Assembly: GCA_050950825.1 (NCBI GenBank)
Contig: JBMNIH010000009.1
Location: 192,001-256,000 of the forward strand
DNA from: Clostridia bacterium
Lineage (GTDB): Bacteria; Bacillota; Clostridia; JAAYHZ01
Reading direction: 5' to 3'
DNA: 64,000 nucleotides
Below are positions 41,340-50,891 of this stretch, piece by piece (position 1 is the stretch's first letter; the number at the start of each line of letters is the position of its first letter). The position numbers and the translations under genes were made by a program. Below the pieces are notes generated by a model. The model worked only from the letters and a program-made list of their open reading frames with translations, was not told where the DNA came from and made no database searches.

Positions 41340-43640
41340 ATGGTAAGGCAAGAAATGATCCTCGAAGACGGTTTTGAGGTGGCATTCGGGAGGCATTTGC
41401 AGCATGAAAAGGATGAAGGTATATGGCAAGCGATTCGTATTCCCCATGATTTGATTGCCGATGCTCCCGTATCGGAGAAAGATGAGGAAGGCGGAGACAA
41501 CCAAGGGTATGTTTCTTGTTTTGTTGATGCCACTTACAGAGCTTGTTTTCGCCTTGAAGATACCGAGGGATGCTTCTATCTTTATGCCGACGGCATATAT
41601 CGAGAAGCCGAGATATATGTTAACGGACATTATGTCGGAGGGAGTCCTTACGGGTATATTCCCATGACATTGAAAATTACCGATCGGGTGCGTAAAGGCG
41701 ATAACCTACTTGAAATCTATATCGACAATCGAAGCCGCCGCTGCGACCGCTGGTATTCGGGAGCGGGCATTTACAGGCGTCTTTCATTAATCAAAACTCC
41801 TTTGATCCACTTCCCTCCCCACCGCCTTTTTATCGAGACGCTAAAAGCCGAACCGGATTCGGCACAAATTCGTATCAGTGGGTCCGTTCAAAACGGAACG
41901 GAAGATACCGTTGTTTTCGTTGAAATATTTAATAAAGAAGGCAAGAAAATCCGTGAATCATCGCAGGAACTTGACCGGGAAACGGGTTCATTCTCCCTTA
42001 CCGTCGATTTAAAAAATCCCTGTCTTTGGTCACCGGAAAGCCCGTATTTGTATAAAGCCCAAACATCGATCCTTTCAAATGGCGTTTTTATCGACCGGTG
42101 TACAAACAATTTCGGTATACGCCGGATTTCGTTCGATTCGAAAAACGGCCTTAAGCTCAACGGAAAACCGATTAAGTTATACGGTGTCAATTTACACCAC
42201 GACGGCGGCTGTGTCGGCAGTGCATTTTTCCCCGAGCTATGGAGAGAACGTTTAACGGATTTGAAAAAACTCGGCCTAAATGCAGTGCGTACAAGCCATA
42301 ATCCCCAAGCTTCTCTGTTCTACGATTTGTGCGACGAGCTTGGTATCATGGTAATCAACGAGCTTTACGACAAATGGTATTCCGGATCCTACCATTCTCA
42401 TTTTTGGAATCGATACAAAGAAGACGTACGTGCCTTTGTCGAACGGGACCGAAATCATCCCTGCGTCATCCTATGGAGCGTAGGAAACGAATTGAGTAAC
42501 CAAGGTTTGCCTGACTTTTACGATCCTTTGGATAAGCTTGTGACGGAGGTTAAAAAATACGACTCCGGTCGGCCGGTCAGTGTGGCTTTGCATCCCCATG
42601 CTTGGCCGGATGAAATAAAGAATAAAACGAGCGATGAAAAAGCGGCTGTAACGGCCGAAATCTTTAAGCATACGGATCTTCTTATGTGCAATTACCAAGA
42701 GCAATGGTACGAAAAATACCATATGCTCGCCCCCGATGCTTGTATCATAGGGTCCGAAACATATCATTGGTATACCGGTAATGGCGAATCCCATGAAGGC
42801 AAATACGAGGTTCATCCCTTCCGGTATGTAAAAAACCTTCCCTATGTCTTGGGCGGTTTTTATTGGGCGGGTTATGACTACAGAGGCGAATCCCTATGCC
42901 GTCCGGCAAGAGGCTGGACATCAAGTCTTTTTGATATCGCGGGATTCATGCGTCCCCAAGGGATGTTAGCAAAAGCCTATTGGAGCGATGACCCTTCGCT
43001 TTATGTTACGGCCATCGATCCGAATCCCTCCGAAAGGTATGAACGTCCTAGCTGGAGTTTTCCGCCTTGCGCCGACCACACCATGCTTGACTACAAGGAC
43101 GGCGATACGGTTGAATTCTTAATTTTTACGAATTGCGGGACAATCGATGTCTACCAAGGCGGAAGATTTCAATGTACATTTAAGCGTCGTATCGACGACG
43201 AATATTGGGTACGTTTCCATTTAAAATGGGATTCTGCTGCCGATATTACGGTGATCGGAAAAAATGAAGGAAAAGAGGTCTGCAGACATTCCATCGGAAG
43301 GCATGCCCTACCCGAGAAAATCCGCGTAACCTTAAGCAAATCGAATCTTACCATGAGAGCGGACGATGTATGCGTTGCAAGGATTTTTCTTTTGGATGAG
43401 CGCGGAAGGCTTTGCGTCTCAACGGACCGCACGGTACACATCGAGCTTGAAGGATTGGAGCTTCTCGGCATCGATAACGGCGATCCTGCAAACCGCCGAT
43501 CCTATACGGACCCAACCATCCGAACCTTCGGCGGACGATGCATGCTGATGGTCCGCGGTAAAAAGAAAGGTTGCGGAATTTTATCCATAGAAGCGGAAGG
43601 TGTTCCTTTCAAAGAGACGGCAACAATTTATGTGGTATAA
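41340..43640 (+). CDS. Glycoside hydrolase family 2 (beta-galactosidase-like)
   Basis: RWYSGAGIYR, LWSPESPYLY, GVNLHHD.G..G, RTSHNP, DRNHP.VILWSVGNE, GSE, DYRGE, DNGD. Confidence 0.93.
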   Translation: MVRQEMILEDGFEVAFGRHLQHEKDEGIWQAIRIPHDLIADAPVSEKDEEGGDNQGYVSCFVDATYRACFRLEDTEGCFYLYADGIYREAEIYVNGHYVGGSPYGYIPMTLKITDRVRKGDNLLEIYIDNRSRRCDRWYSGAGIYRRLSLIKTPLIHFPPHRLFIETLKAEPDSAQIRISGSVQNGTEDTVVFVEIFNKEGKKIRESSQELDRETGSFSLTVDLKNPCLWSPESPYLYKAQTSILSNGVFIDRCTNNFGIRRISFDSKNGLKLNGKPIKLYGVNLHHDGGCVGSAFFPELWRERLTDLKKLGLNAVRTSHNPQASLFYDLCDELGIMVINELYDKWYSGSYHSHFWNRYKEDVRAFVERDRNHPCVILWSVGNELSNQGLPDFYDPLDKLVTEVKKYDSGRPVSVALHPHAWPDEIKNKTSDEKAAVTAEIFKHTDLLMCNYQEQWYEKYHMLAPDACIIGSETYHWYTGNGESHEGKYEVHPFRYVKNLPYVLGGFYWAGYDYRGESLCRPARGWTSSLFDIAGFMRPQGMLAKAYWSDDPSLYVTAIDPNPSERYERPSWSFPPCADHTMLDYKDGDTVEFLIFTNCGTIDVYQGGRFQCTFKRRIDDEYWVRFHLKWDSAADITVIGKNEGKEVCRHSIGRHALPEKIRVTLSKSNLTMRADDVCVARIFLLDERGRLCVSTDRTVHIELEGLELLGIDNGDPANRRSYTDPTIRTFGGRCMLMVRGKKKGCGILSIEAEGVPFKETATIYVV

Positions 43641-43741
43641 CCGACAAGGCCGGAAAACAAAATATTGTATGTATTATTGAATGTTCCTTTGAAATATGAG
43701 AAAATCAGAAACGAACACGAATGTAAAAGGAGTGATTAACC

Positions 43742-45244
43742 ATGGGTAATGGCAACACGGAAATTAAAAAGGTTACGATTAACGGTTCCTTCGGTTCAAG
43801 AGTCATGGTAGCGATGCCGAGAAACAAATACGCAAACACGTATGTTCACCACGATATCGACTCGATTTCTTTCGTTGTGGAAGCGTCTCCCGGAGCAAAG
43901 ATTTTCATCAACGAAAAACAAATCGAAGCATCCGTTCCTTCTTTCGAAACTTCTTTAGAGTGCGGACGCAATTTATTTAAAATAAAGGCCGTTTCTCCGG
44001 ACGGCGATTCCGAACATTCCATAGAATTAAAGGTATTTCGAGCCTTCCCTTCTCCGGTATGGAAAAAAGTCATCGATCATGCGCCTTGGGTTCCGCGAGA
44101 TTCGGCCGGCGAACTGGTATACAAAAATAGAATATGGCTTTTCGGCGGTTATATTCCTCAAACGGTCAACGATGTTTGGAGCACATCCGACGGAATAGAA
44201 TGGATACGACATAACGATGTTCCTTCCTCCGTAGGAATCGATATACCGGTTGCATTGAACTACAAGGACAAGATTTATCTGTTTGACATCGCCGGAATTC
44301 TTTACTCCACCACGGATGGTAATACTTGGGAGGTCGTTTCGGACCAAACTCCCTTTACGGGAAGACACCATATGGGCGGTGCCGTATTCCAAGGCAAAAT
44401 GTGGGTTATGGGCGGCGTGAAAGACAAAACCATATACAACGACGTATGGTCGTCTACGGACGGTGTGAACTGGACTTTGGAGTTGGAAGAAGCGCCGTGG
44501 TGCAAACGTCAGATCCATCATACTCCTTTGGTTTATGACGATAAAATGTGGTTGTTTGGCGGCGGTGTCATGGGATCCTCTTATTTCCCCTTCATAGCAT
44601 ACAATGACGTTTGGTGCACCTCTGACGGTATTCATTGGGAACTGAAAACCGCGAACGCACCTTGGCCTGCAAGAATATGGGGATCTACCGTTGTGTACAA
44701 AAACAGAATGTGGATGATCGCAGGCTATCGATCCGAACCGGAAAGCCGTCATTTCGGAGACGCTTGGTACTCCGTCGACGGTGCCAACTGGACCGAGTTT
44801 AAGCAGCATGCAAGCGATTGGAAAAAAGCAAGCGGTACTGTACCGGTCACCGTAGAAACTCCCATGTGGGAAGATCGCCACGAGTCTTCCGTGACAGTCC
44901 TAAACGATACTTTGTATCTAATGGGCGGTATGATCTGGCCTTTGAGAAACGATGTTTGGAAACTGAAAATCGACGCTCTTTGCTTTTTGACACAGCCGAG
45001 GTTTGAAAGCTATGTAGATTGCCTGTACGAGTATCATGCCTTTGCCGACTTTGCGGCAAGCGGACAAAAGGCGAAGTATCGCTTAATTAATCCTCCGGAA
45101 TGGCTTTCCATCGATTCCGATACGGGACGTGTTTACGGCATACCGAAGGAACCTTTCCACTCCACGGTAACCATCGAAGCATACGATGATTTCGGTGAAA
45201 CGGCAAGACAGGAATACTTCCTTGATATTGTTCCTTTAAATTGA
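43742..45244 (+). CDS. Cadherin-like + Kelch-type propeller + Ig-like (He_PIG-like) protein
   Basis: Repeats APW..R....VY....W.fGG....NDVW.s.DG..W; C-terminal PEWLSIDSDTGRVYGIP. Confidence 0.8.
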   Translation: MGNGNTEIKKVTINGSFGSRVMVAMPRNKYANTYVHHDIDSISFVVEASPGAKIFINEKQIEASVPSFETSLECGRNLFKIKAVSPDGDSEHSIELKVFRAFPSPVWKKVIDHAPWVPRDSAGELVYKNRIWLFGGYIPQTVNDVWSTSDGIEWIRHNDVPSSVGIDIPVALNYKDKIYLFDIAGILYSTTDGNTWEVVSDQTPFTGRHHMGGAVFQGKMWVMGGVKDKTIYNDVWSSTDGVNWTLELEEAPWCKRQIHHTPLVYDDKMWLFGGGVMGSSYFPFIAYNDVWCTSDGIHWELKTANAPWPARIWGSTVVYKNRMWMIAGYRSEPESRHFGDAWYSVDGANWTEFKQHASDWKKASGTVPVTVETPMWEDRHESSVTVLNDTLYLMGGMIWPLRNDVWKLKIDALCFLTQPRFESYVDCLYEYHAFADFAASGQKAKYRLINPPEWLSIDSDTGRVYGIPKEPFHSTVTIEAYDDFGETARQEYFLDIVPLN

Positions 45245-45259
45245 TGAAAAACAAAAAAG

Positions 45260-45295
45260 ACGCTTCTTTCTGATTTTTTAATCGGAAAGAAGCGT
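45260..45295. terminator. Terminator between convergent genes
   Basis: ACGCTTCTTTC...GAAAGAAGCGT. Confidence 0.75.
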
Positions 45296-45384
45296 AGTAT
45301 AGTGAAAGTAAAGTAGTAGTGATAAAGTAGTAGTGGTTAAATGAAAAATATTAAAAGCCGTAAAGCTTGTACTCGTTTGTTCTT

Positions 45385-45921
45385 TTATTCCGTTTCTCCG
45401 GATTCAATGTATTCGAAATACTCGCCGTCCTCGTTTACAACGTTAAAATTGTTCGTAACGCCTTTCATGGTCACAATGGTATAAGGATAAGTGATGACAG
45501 TGATAACCATATCGCCTTTATTTGGAGCCGTTTCTTTCACGATCACATTGGTTTTTCCTTCGTTGTCTTCAACGCTTACCACTTCAATACCGTACCCGCC
45601 GGTGTTCTTTTCCCCCATAAATACCAACAGCATATATCCGTCTTCATATTCGAAATAGGTATAGCCTCTTTTTTCTTTATTGTTTAGTATAAAATTGATC
45701 ACCGACTCGGGCAGTTCGGATGCATCGGTAATCTTATTAAAATCAATTTTGTTCACGGTTATTCCTTTCGGTGGATTGTTTGTTTCATCGATTGTGGTCT
45801 CTTCTTCGCTCGTTTGGTCGTTCAATTCGTCATTTATTGACGAGGTTTCTTTTCCGCAGCCGACAAGAAGGGTCAGCATCAACATGAAAATAAGGATCGT
45901 TGCAATAATTTTCTTCAACAT
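45385..45921 (-). CDS. PrcB C-terminal-domain lipoprotein
   Basis: Lipobox LVGC; MGEKNTGGYGIEV..V and P..GDMVITVITYPY motifs. Confidence 0.85.
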   Translation of the reverse strand: MLKKIIATILIFMLMLTLLVGCGKETSSINDELNDQTSEEETTIDETNNPPKGITVNKIDFNKITDASELPESVINFILNNKEKRGYTYFEYEDGYMLLVFMGEKNTGGYGIEVVSVEDNEGKTNVIVKETAPNKGDMVITVITYPYTIVTMKGVTNNFNVVNEDGEYFEYIESGETE

Positions 45922-45968
45922 AATTCACCTCTTCGTCTGAATAATATCTTTTAGCCTTCATATCTTTT

Positions 45969-45993
45969 GACGAAGAGGTGATAAAAATGTTCC
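45969..45993 (-). promoter_or_regulatory. Putative ECF-sigma promoter
   Basis: Minus strand GGAAC-16 nt-CGTC, the typical ECF -35 AAC / -10 CGT arrangement. Confidence 0.6.
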
Positions 45994-46009
45994 GCAAAAT
46001 TGAAAAAGT

Positions 46010-48028
46010 TTATTCTTCTTTATTGATTTGGCTCGGATGTTTCTTGAAAAAGTCCACCCTCGGCTCTAAGAATTTAAATACATGGTTTTCGGGATCGGGC
46101 ATCAGTTCATACAATGTTTTGAAGATATTATCCCAGCTCCATAAGGACTCGTCGATATTTAAGTATTCGCGAATCATTTCCGTTCCTTCCGGGGCAATAG
46201 GATGCATTAATACGGCCGCCGTTTTCACCATGTGGAAGGTATCCACTAAGGTTTGTGCTCGAAGCTCCGCATCGTTCTCGGTTTCGGCAATACGAATGTA
46301 TTTGGACCAATATTTATTTATATTCCGAATGTAAACATCCAATAGATTCATCACTTGGTGGAATTCAAACCGGGACATAAGCTGCTCGTATTCCAATACG
46401 GTCTTATTCGCTTCCGATAAAACTTCCTCGCTAATTCTCCGAAGCGGAATTTTACCGTCAAAGTATTTTTGTACGGTATAGAAGCAGGAACGAACGGCGC
46501 GATTAAATACATTGGATAATAAATTTCCTTCCTTTAGCACGGGATCGGCATCTCGTTCCGTAGCGTTAGGATTAAACGGCTTCGGCTGGAAGCCCACGCT
46601 TCGAATTCCTAAACCCAACCCTAAAAAATGTGCCCTTAATTGCTCCGCCGTATAGTGATTCAGCAACTCTTCGGCGGAAGGAGGCTTTATTTTTCCGCTG
46701 CTGCTCGCTTTTTTATTCAAAAACAACAAATGATTGTTGACAATAAGCAAAGGCAGCTGCATCTGTCCGTCTTCAGGATAAGCCGTAGGATTTTCTCCCT
46801 GCTGTCCCATAAACATGGCCATTTCTACGGGACCGTAGAAATAGACGTTGTCTTCCCCGATAAATTGGAACACTTTTGCTTCTTTCGAACACCAATACGT
46901 TTTCCAATCTTCCGGATCTCGACCGATCTTCTCCAAATAGGTTTTGGTAAAGGATAAAGGTGCCCACAAAGATTCCGGCCATACCCATATCGTCAAGCCT
47001 TCCAAACCTTCCAAATTCGGTGCCGGTACACCCCAGTCGATATTTCCCGTCAAGCGGAACGGCACCAAGGTTTTACCGGTTCTAAAGCGTATGGTATGCT
47101 CCGCAAGAATGGTACAAGCTTTTTCTCTCAACTCGAGAGAATCGAAAATCATTAATGCGGAGGACTTGTTCTCTTCGTTTTGAAACTCGTAAGGAGGCAG
47201 CTTGTCCTTTATGGCTTCCAAAGCTTCCAATTGGTCTTTTTTAATGTAAATTACAGGGGGTTCTAAAAACTCTTCGATACTGGTAATAACGAAATTACGG
47301 TATCCGGGGATCTCCTTTAATTGCTCTACCCACTGCTTCAATAAATCGTGGAACTCATTCAAATTAAAATACCAATTGGTCACATCCACCATCGCCGGTC
47401 TCTTGCCTGATAAAGTACTTTTCGGATTGATCAAATCCTGAGGCATGTATTGATGCCCTAATGAACATTCGTCGGCATAACCTTTATCCGATTGGCATCC
47501 GTCAATGGGGCATTGTCCTACAACCTGCCGACCGTTGAGCAAAACGTTGTATTCCGTATCATAAAACTGGGAGGTTGTCATCTTTCTAAGATGCTTGTTT
47601 TTATACAGATTCTCAATAAACCATTTGGACATTTCCCGATGAATCTCTTTTGAGCGACCCAAACCGGAAGCGGCATAGAGGTTCAAACTGATATTGTATT
47701 CTCCAAGCACCCTTTTTTGATCTTCATGATAATATTGCACGAATTCTTCAATGGTTCCTTCGAATTCGCCTTTTTCAACCAACTGTCGGTAATTTTCCGA
47801 AATGGGCGATCCGTAGCAATCCGTACCCGATATGAAAATGACGTTATCCTTCCCTATCCGGTCTCGTAAAAAACGAGCAAATGCGTCGGCATGAACGAAA
47901 ACGCCTCCGACGTGCCCCAAATGAAGGCCTTTATTCCCATAAGGCATACCGGCCGTTACGACCGCTCTTTTCGGAAACACGGGTCTTGATAATTCGATAT
48001 TTTCGTTTTTCAAATCCATGTTACTCAT
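46010..48028 (-). CDS. metG: Methionine--tRNA ligase (atypical)
   Basis: TAGMPYGN..LHLGH, SGTDCYG, zinc-knuckle GQCP..GC..D..YADEC, DWGVP, IGEDN..F; KASSS replaces KMSKS. Confidence 0.85.
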   Translation of the reverse strand: MSNMDLKNENIELSRPVFPKRAVVTAGMPYGNKGLHLGHVGGVFVHADAFARFLRDRIGKDNVIFISGTDCYGSPISENYRQLVEKGEFEGTIEEFVQYYHEDQKRVLGEYNISLNLYAASGLGRSKEIHREMSKWFIENLYKNKHLRKMTTSQFYDTEYNVLLNGRQVVGQCPIDGCQSDKGYADECSLGHQYMPQDLINPKSTLSGKRPAMVDVTNWYFNLNEFHDLLKQWVEQLKEIPGYRNFVITSIEEFLEPPVIYIKKDQLEALEAIKDKLPPYEFQNEENKSSALMIFDSLELREKACTILAEHTIRFRTGKTLVPFRLTGNIDWGVPAPNLEGLEGLTIWVWPESLWAPLSFTKTYLEKIGRDPEDWKTYWCSKEAKVFQFIGEDNVYFYGPVEMAMFMGQQGENPTAYPEDGQMQLPLLIVNNHLLFLNKKASSSGKIKPPSAEELLNHYTAEQLRAHFLGLGLGIRSVGFQPKPFNPNATERDADPVLKEGNLLSNVFNRAVRSCFYTVQKYFDGKIPLRRISEEVLSEANKTVLEYEQLMSRFEFHQVMNLLDVYIRNINKYWSKYIRIAETENDAELRAQTLVDTFHMVKTAAVLMHPIAPEGTEMIREYLNIDESLWSWDNIFKTLYELMPDPENHVFKFLEPRVDFFKKHPSQINKEE

Positions 48029-48123
48029 AACTTATCTATCCTCGTTTATTAAACTGCTTACCTATATATGGTACTTATTTTACCACTTTCGACGCAATTT
48101 TTAAACCGTTTCGTCTAATCTTG

Positions 48124-48891
48124 TTAGGATTTTAACCAATATTCACGACAATCTCTTGTTCTCTCCATAAAACCATAGTCGATTAAGTATCTTCTTATGG
48201 TAACATAATCGTCGTATATGTCTTTCAATACCGCATTGACTTCCTTTTCGGTATATATTTTACCCGGTTCGAATTGCTCGGCAATCTTCTGTAAGATCAC
48301 GAATTTTCTTTTTGCTTTGGCGGAAAAGTTTTTCAGTCTCAACGGGTCAAGGGAATAAAATACGAGAGCAAGGATTTTGTCTCTTTCCTCTTCCGTTATC
48401 AAATACATATCCTTCGGAATCGTGGCACCGGAAGGCACTTCGATTAACTTGTCTTGCTTGTTGTTTTTATTCTTCTCGTATTGCTCCGTAACCGTCTCGT
48501 AAATGGCTAAATATAGTTTTGCTTGTTTCGCCTTTTCTTTGAAGATAAATCTTTTATGACGGACGGTAACCGGTTCTACCCCCGTTTTCTTCGCCATTTC
48601 TTTGTCCGACAAACCTTCAACCATCATTTGAAGTATTTCCTTTTGGCTCTCCGTTAAACCGGTATATTTTTTATCTATCGAAGTCAATACATTCAACATA
48701 CCGCCGTGCTCTTTACGTATGTGAATATCCATCATTTCATCCGCATCGTAAACGCTTCCGTCCGTATCGTATTGTTCGCTGTCATCGTATTTTTTACCGC
48801 ATACATGGCACACATAACACCGGTTTTCAACATCGTAGCCGTATCCTTTTTTCAGCTCCTCCATAGGTAAAGTCAAAAGTTTTTGAATCAT
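48124..48891 (-). CDS. DUF2087-domain protein with zinc finger and LuxR-like HTH
   Basis: YVCHVCG...HIRKEHG, GLTESQKE..GLSDKEMA, YTEKEVN..LK..YDDYVTIRRYLIDYGFMER. Confidence 0.88.
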   Translation of the reverse strand: MIQKLLTLPMEELKKGYGYDVENRCYVCHVCGKKYDDSEQYDTDGSVYDADEMMDIHIRKEHGGMLNVLTSIDKKYTGLTESQKEILQMMVEGLSDKEMAKKTGVEPVTVRHKRFIFKEKAKQAKLYLAIYETVTEQYEKNKNNKQDKLIEVPSGATIPKDMYLITEEERDKILALVFYSLDPLRLKNFSAKAKRKFVILQKIAEQFEPGKIYTEKEVNAVLKDIYDDYVTIRRYLIDYGFMERTRDCREYWLKS

Positions 48892-48912
48892 TTTTTGTAT
48901 TCTCCGTTTTGC

Positions 48913-48962
48913 GTTTATGAATTTCATAAACACATCATATATCATTACAAAACAAATGTCAA
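48913..48962 (-). promoter_or_regulatory. SigA promoter with downstream palindromic operator
   Basis: Minus strand TTGACA-17 nt-TATGAT, followed by the perfect inverted repeat GTTTATGAA-N-TTCATAAAC (48913-48931). Confidence 0.75.
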
Positions 48963-48997
48963 ACGGAAATCCGAATTTCGATATAAAATAAAATAAA

Positions 48998-49040
48998 AAA
49001 ACGGAAAAACCTCGAAATCATCGAGGTTTATTTTCCGTTT
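48998..49040 (-). terminator. Terminator after tRNA-Leu
   Basis: AAACGGAAAA-ACCTCGA...TCGAGGT-TTATTTTCCGTTT hairpin; the A-run on the + strand gives a U-tract on the - strand. Confidence 0.75.
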
Positions 49041-49048
49041 CTGCTTGT

Positions 49049-49135
49049 TGGTGCCGCTGGCCGGAGTCGAACCGGCACGGTGTTGCCACCGGTGGATTTT
49101 GAGTCCACTACGTCTGCCAATTCCATCACAGCGGC
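49049..49135 (-). tRNA. tRNA-Leu (anticodon CAA)
   Basis: Reverse complement GCCGCTGTGATGGAATTGGCAGACGTAGTGGACTCAAAATCCACCGGTGGCAACACCGTGCCGGTTCGACTCCGGCCAGCGGCACCA: 87 nt, long variable arm, encoded CCA. Confidence 0.97.
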
Positions 49136-49158
49136 GTCTTTTGCCTTACGCAAGTGTT

Positions 49159-49188
49159 ATTATACAACACATCGATTTTATATGTCAA
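49159..49188 (-). promoter_or_regulatory. SigA promoter of tRNA-Leu
   Basis: Minus strand TTGACA-18 nt-TATAAT. Confidence 0.8.
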
Positions 49189-49258
49189 CACTTAAAAAGT
49201 GTTTTTCTTTGGAATTTTGATCGTTTTTCTCGTATTTTTATTTCCATAATCCGGCATT

Positions 49259-50803
49259 TCACTTTTTTATATCTTCAATATATTCCATCAGGGCTTCCAA
49301 CAACATTTTTTGTTTTTCCCCATCCAAGGTTTCTTGGATCAACAAATCATATGGCATCTCTTCGAATAAAGCGGTATTCATAAGCAACAATTTATTAATT
49401 AGATCTCCTCTTTGTTGCAAAGCTTCATTTATTATAGGATCGTTACTGAGTTTTTCGACGGCACCCGACATGAAAAAATTACTCACTCCGGGTAGGATAT
49501 TCTTCGGGTATCGATGAAGATCCTCTACGTATTGCTCGACACCTTCCGGCTCATGGTCCATGGGGATTCTGTACCTTTCATTTATTAAAGAAGGCCACCA
49601 ATTCTTCGTATAACGATATTGTGTATTCGATATCATCTCGATTCTGCCGTCATTTCGCTTGTAATGGGTGTTTTCCAAGCCGTACTGTATCATTCGATTT
49701 AATTGTTCATCCTCGTAAAGAAGCCTGAGCATCATGATGGAGCGTTCCGTATTTTCATTATCCATAATCATTGCCATGGGAACGAGGTTTTTTTGTGGAT
49801 ACGGTTCATAATCGCCGACAAACAAAACTTTGTATTTTTGATTAAAATGCTCGGGCCAATACAAGCTGTTTTTCAAGCTATTGTAAGAAGTTAAACCCAT
49901 TCCAATATCACTATTTTGTATTTGTGACATTACCCCTGCTTGTGCATGTACTACCGCATTTTTCTTAAACAAATCTTTTACGGTATAAAACCAATCGCTT
50001 AACACGTTCGTATCTTCAAGAGGCATGATTTTTCCGTCTTTGATTACAAGCATAAGCGCTGCCGGAATATATCCGTTTTCTTGACAGAATAGCTGCAGAA
50101 ATGTATGAAACTCCAATACAAAATAAAGCTTTCGAGAAGGGTCTAAAAACATTCTTCCTCTGCTATCCGTATTCTCCAAGCCGTACTCATATAGCCTTAC
50201 GATGTCTTCAACGGAATTTACTTTCGGACTTCCGGCGGATTCGTAGAATTCTCGGTTGATGATAAGGCATATTCTATCGTTATAAGCATTCGTTACGATC
50301 TTCGGCATAACATAGATTCGATCGTTTATGAAAATGTCTGCAAAATCCACATTTTCTTCATAGATCTCAGGATAGTATCGTATCAGCTTATCGGTTAAAT
50401 CGACAACGGGAAAGTCTTGAAGGATCTGCGGCAGTTCCTCTGTTTTCGGTATGAAATCGATGATATCCGTACTTATTCCGGAAAATAACCTTTCATATAT
50501 TTCTTGAATTTGATTATGGTAAATAACATGTTCAAATTCGATTTCCGTATTGATTACAGATAAAAGTATTTCGTTCATTTCTTTTACGGTATCCGTATGG
50601 GCTTGAAAGTTTTGAGGGACGGCATTCAAAGCGGGAACAATGACGTGTAATTTTTTATACTCGAGCCGACCCGGATTGAAATCATCAAAATTCGGCTTGT
50701 ATGTATTCGTGGCTTCGCCTTTTTTACCCGTTCCTATTACACTGCAGCCGCTTAAGATGATCGTGAAAGAGATAAAAAAGGACATGAAAATTTTATATTT
50801 CAT
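49259..50803 (-). CDS. Solute-binding lipoprotein (divergent from the three paralogs)
   Basis: Lipobox LSGC; NTERSIMMLRLLY...MIQYGLENTHY resembles carbohydrate SBP C-terminal motifs. Confidence 0.7.
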   Translation of the reverse strand: MKYKIFMSFFISFTIILSGCSVIGTGKKGEATNTYKPNFDDFNPGRLEYKKLHVIVPALNAVPQNFQAHTDTVKEMNEILLSVINTEIEFEHVIYHNQIQEIYERLFSGISTDIIDFIPKTEELPQILQDFPVVDLTDKLIRYYPEIYEENVDFADIFINDRIYVMPKIVTNAYNDRICLIINREFYESAGSPKVNSVEDIVRLYEYGLENTDSRGRMFLDPSRKLYFVLEFHTFLQLFCQENGYIPAALMLVIKDGKIMPLEDTNVLSDWFYTVKDLFKKNAVVHAQAGVMSQIQNSDIGMGLTSYNSLKNSLYWPEHFNQKYKVLFVGDYEPYPQKNLVPMAMIMDNENTERSIMMLRLLYEDEQLNRMIQYGLENTHYKRNDGRIEMISNTQYRYTKNWWPSLINERYRIPMDHEPEGVEQYVEDLHRYPKNILPGVSNFFMSGAVEKLSNDPIINEALQQRGDLINKLLLMNTALFEEMPYDLLIQETLDGEKQKMLLEALMEYIEDIKK

Positions 50804-50891
50804 ACCGGAGACCTTTCGTGAAATGTATAATCGCTCTACAATTCCATATTACACCATAAATACCATGCAGTCAACGGGTATATGCGGCTTG

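Noticed and set aside
44027-44881. 284-aa minus-strand ORF
   Set aside because: Antisense shadow of the Kelch-repeat gene with no recognisable motifs.
45309-45335. TAAAGTAGTAGTG tandem repeat as a CRISPR remnant
   Set aside because: Only two 13-bp low-complexity copies 1 nt apart, with no spacers and no cas genes. No CRISPR array was seen anywhere in the window.
49049-49135. tRNA-Leu as an island attachment site
   Set aside because: No duplicate of its 3' end was noticed in the window and no integrase is adjacent.
49045-49383. 112-aa ORF over the tRNA
   Set aside because: Spurious translation of the antisense tRNA-Leu sequence.
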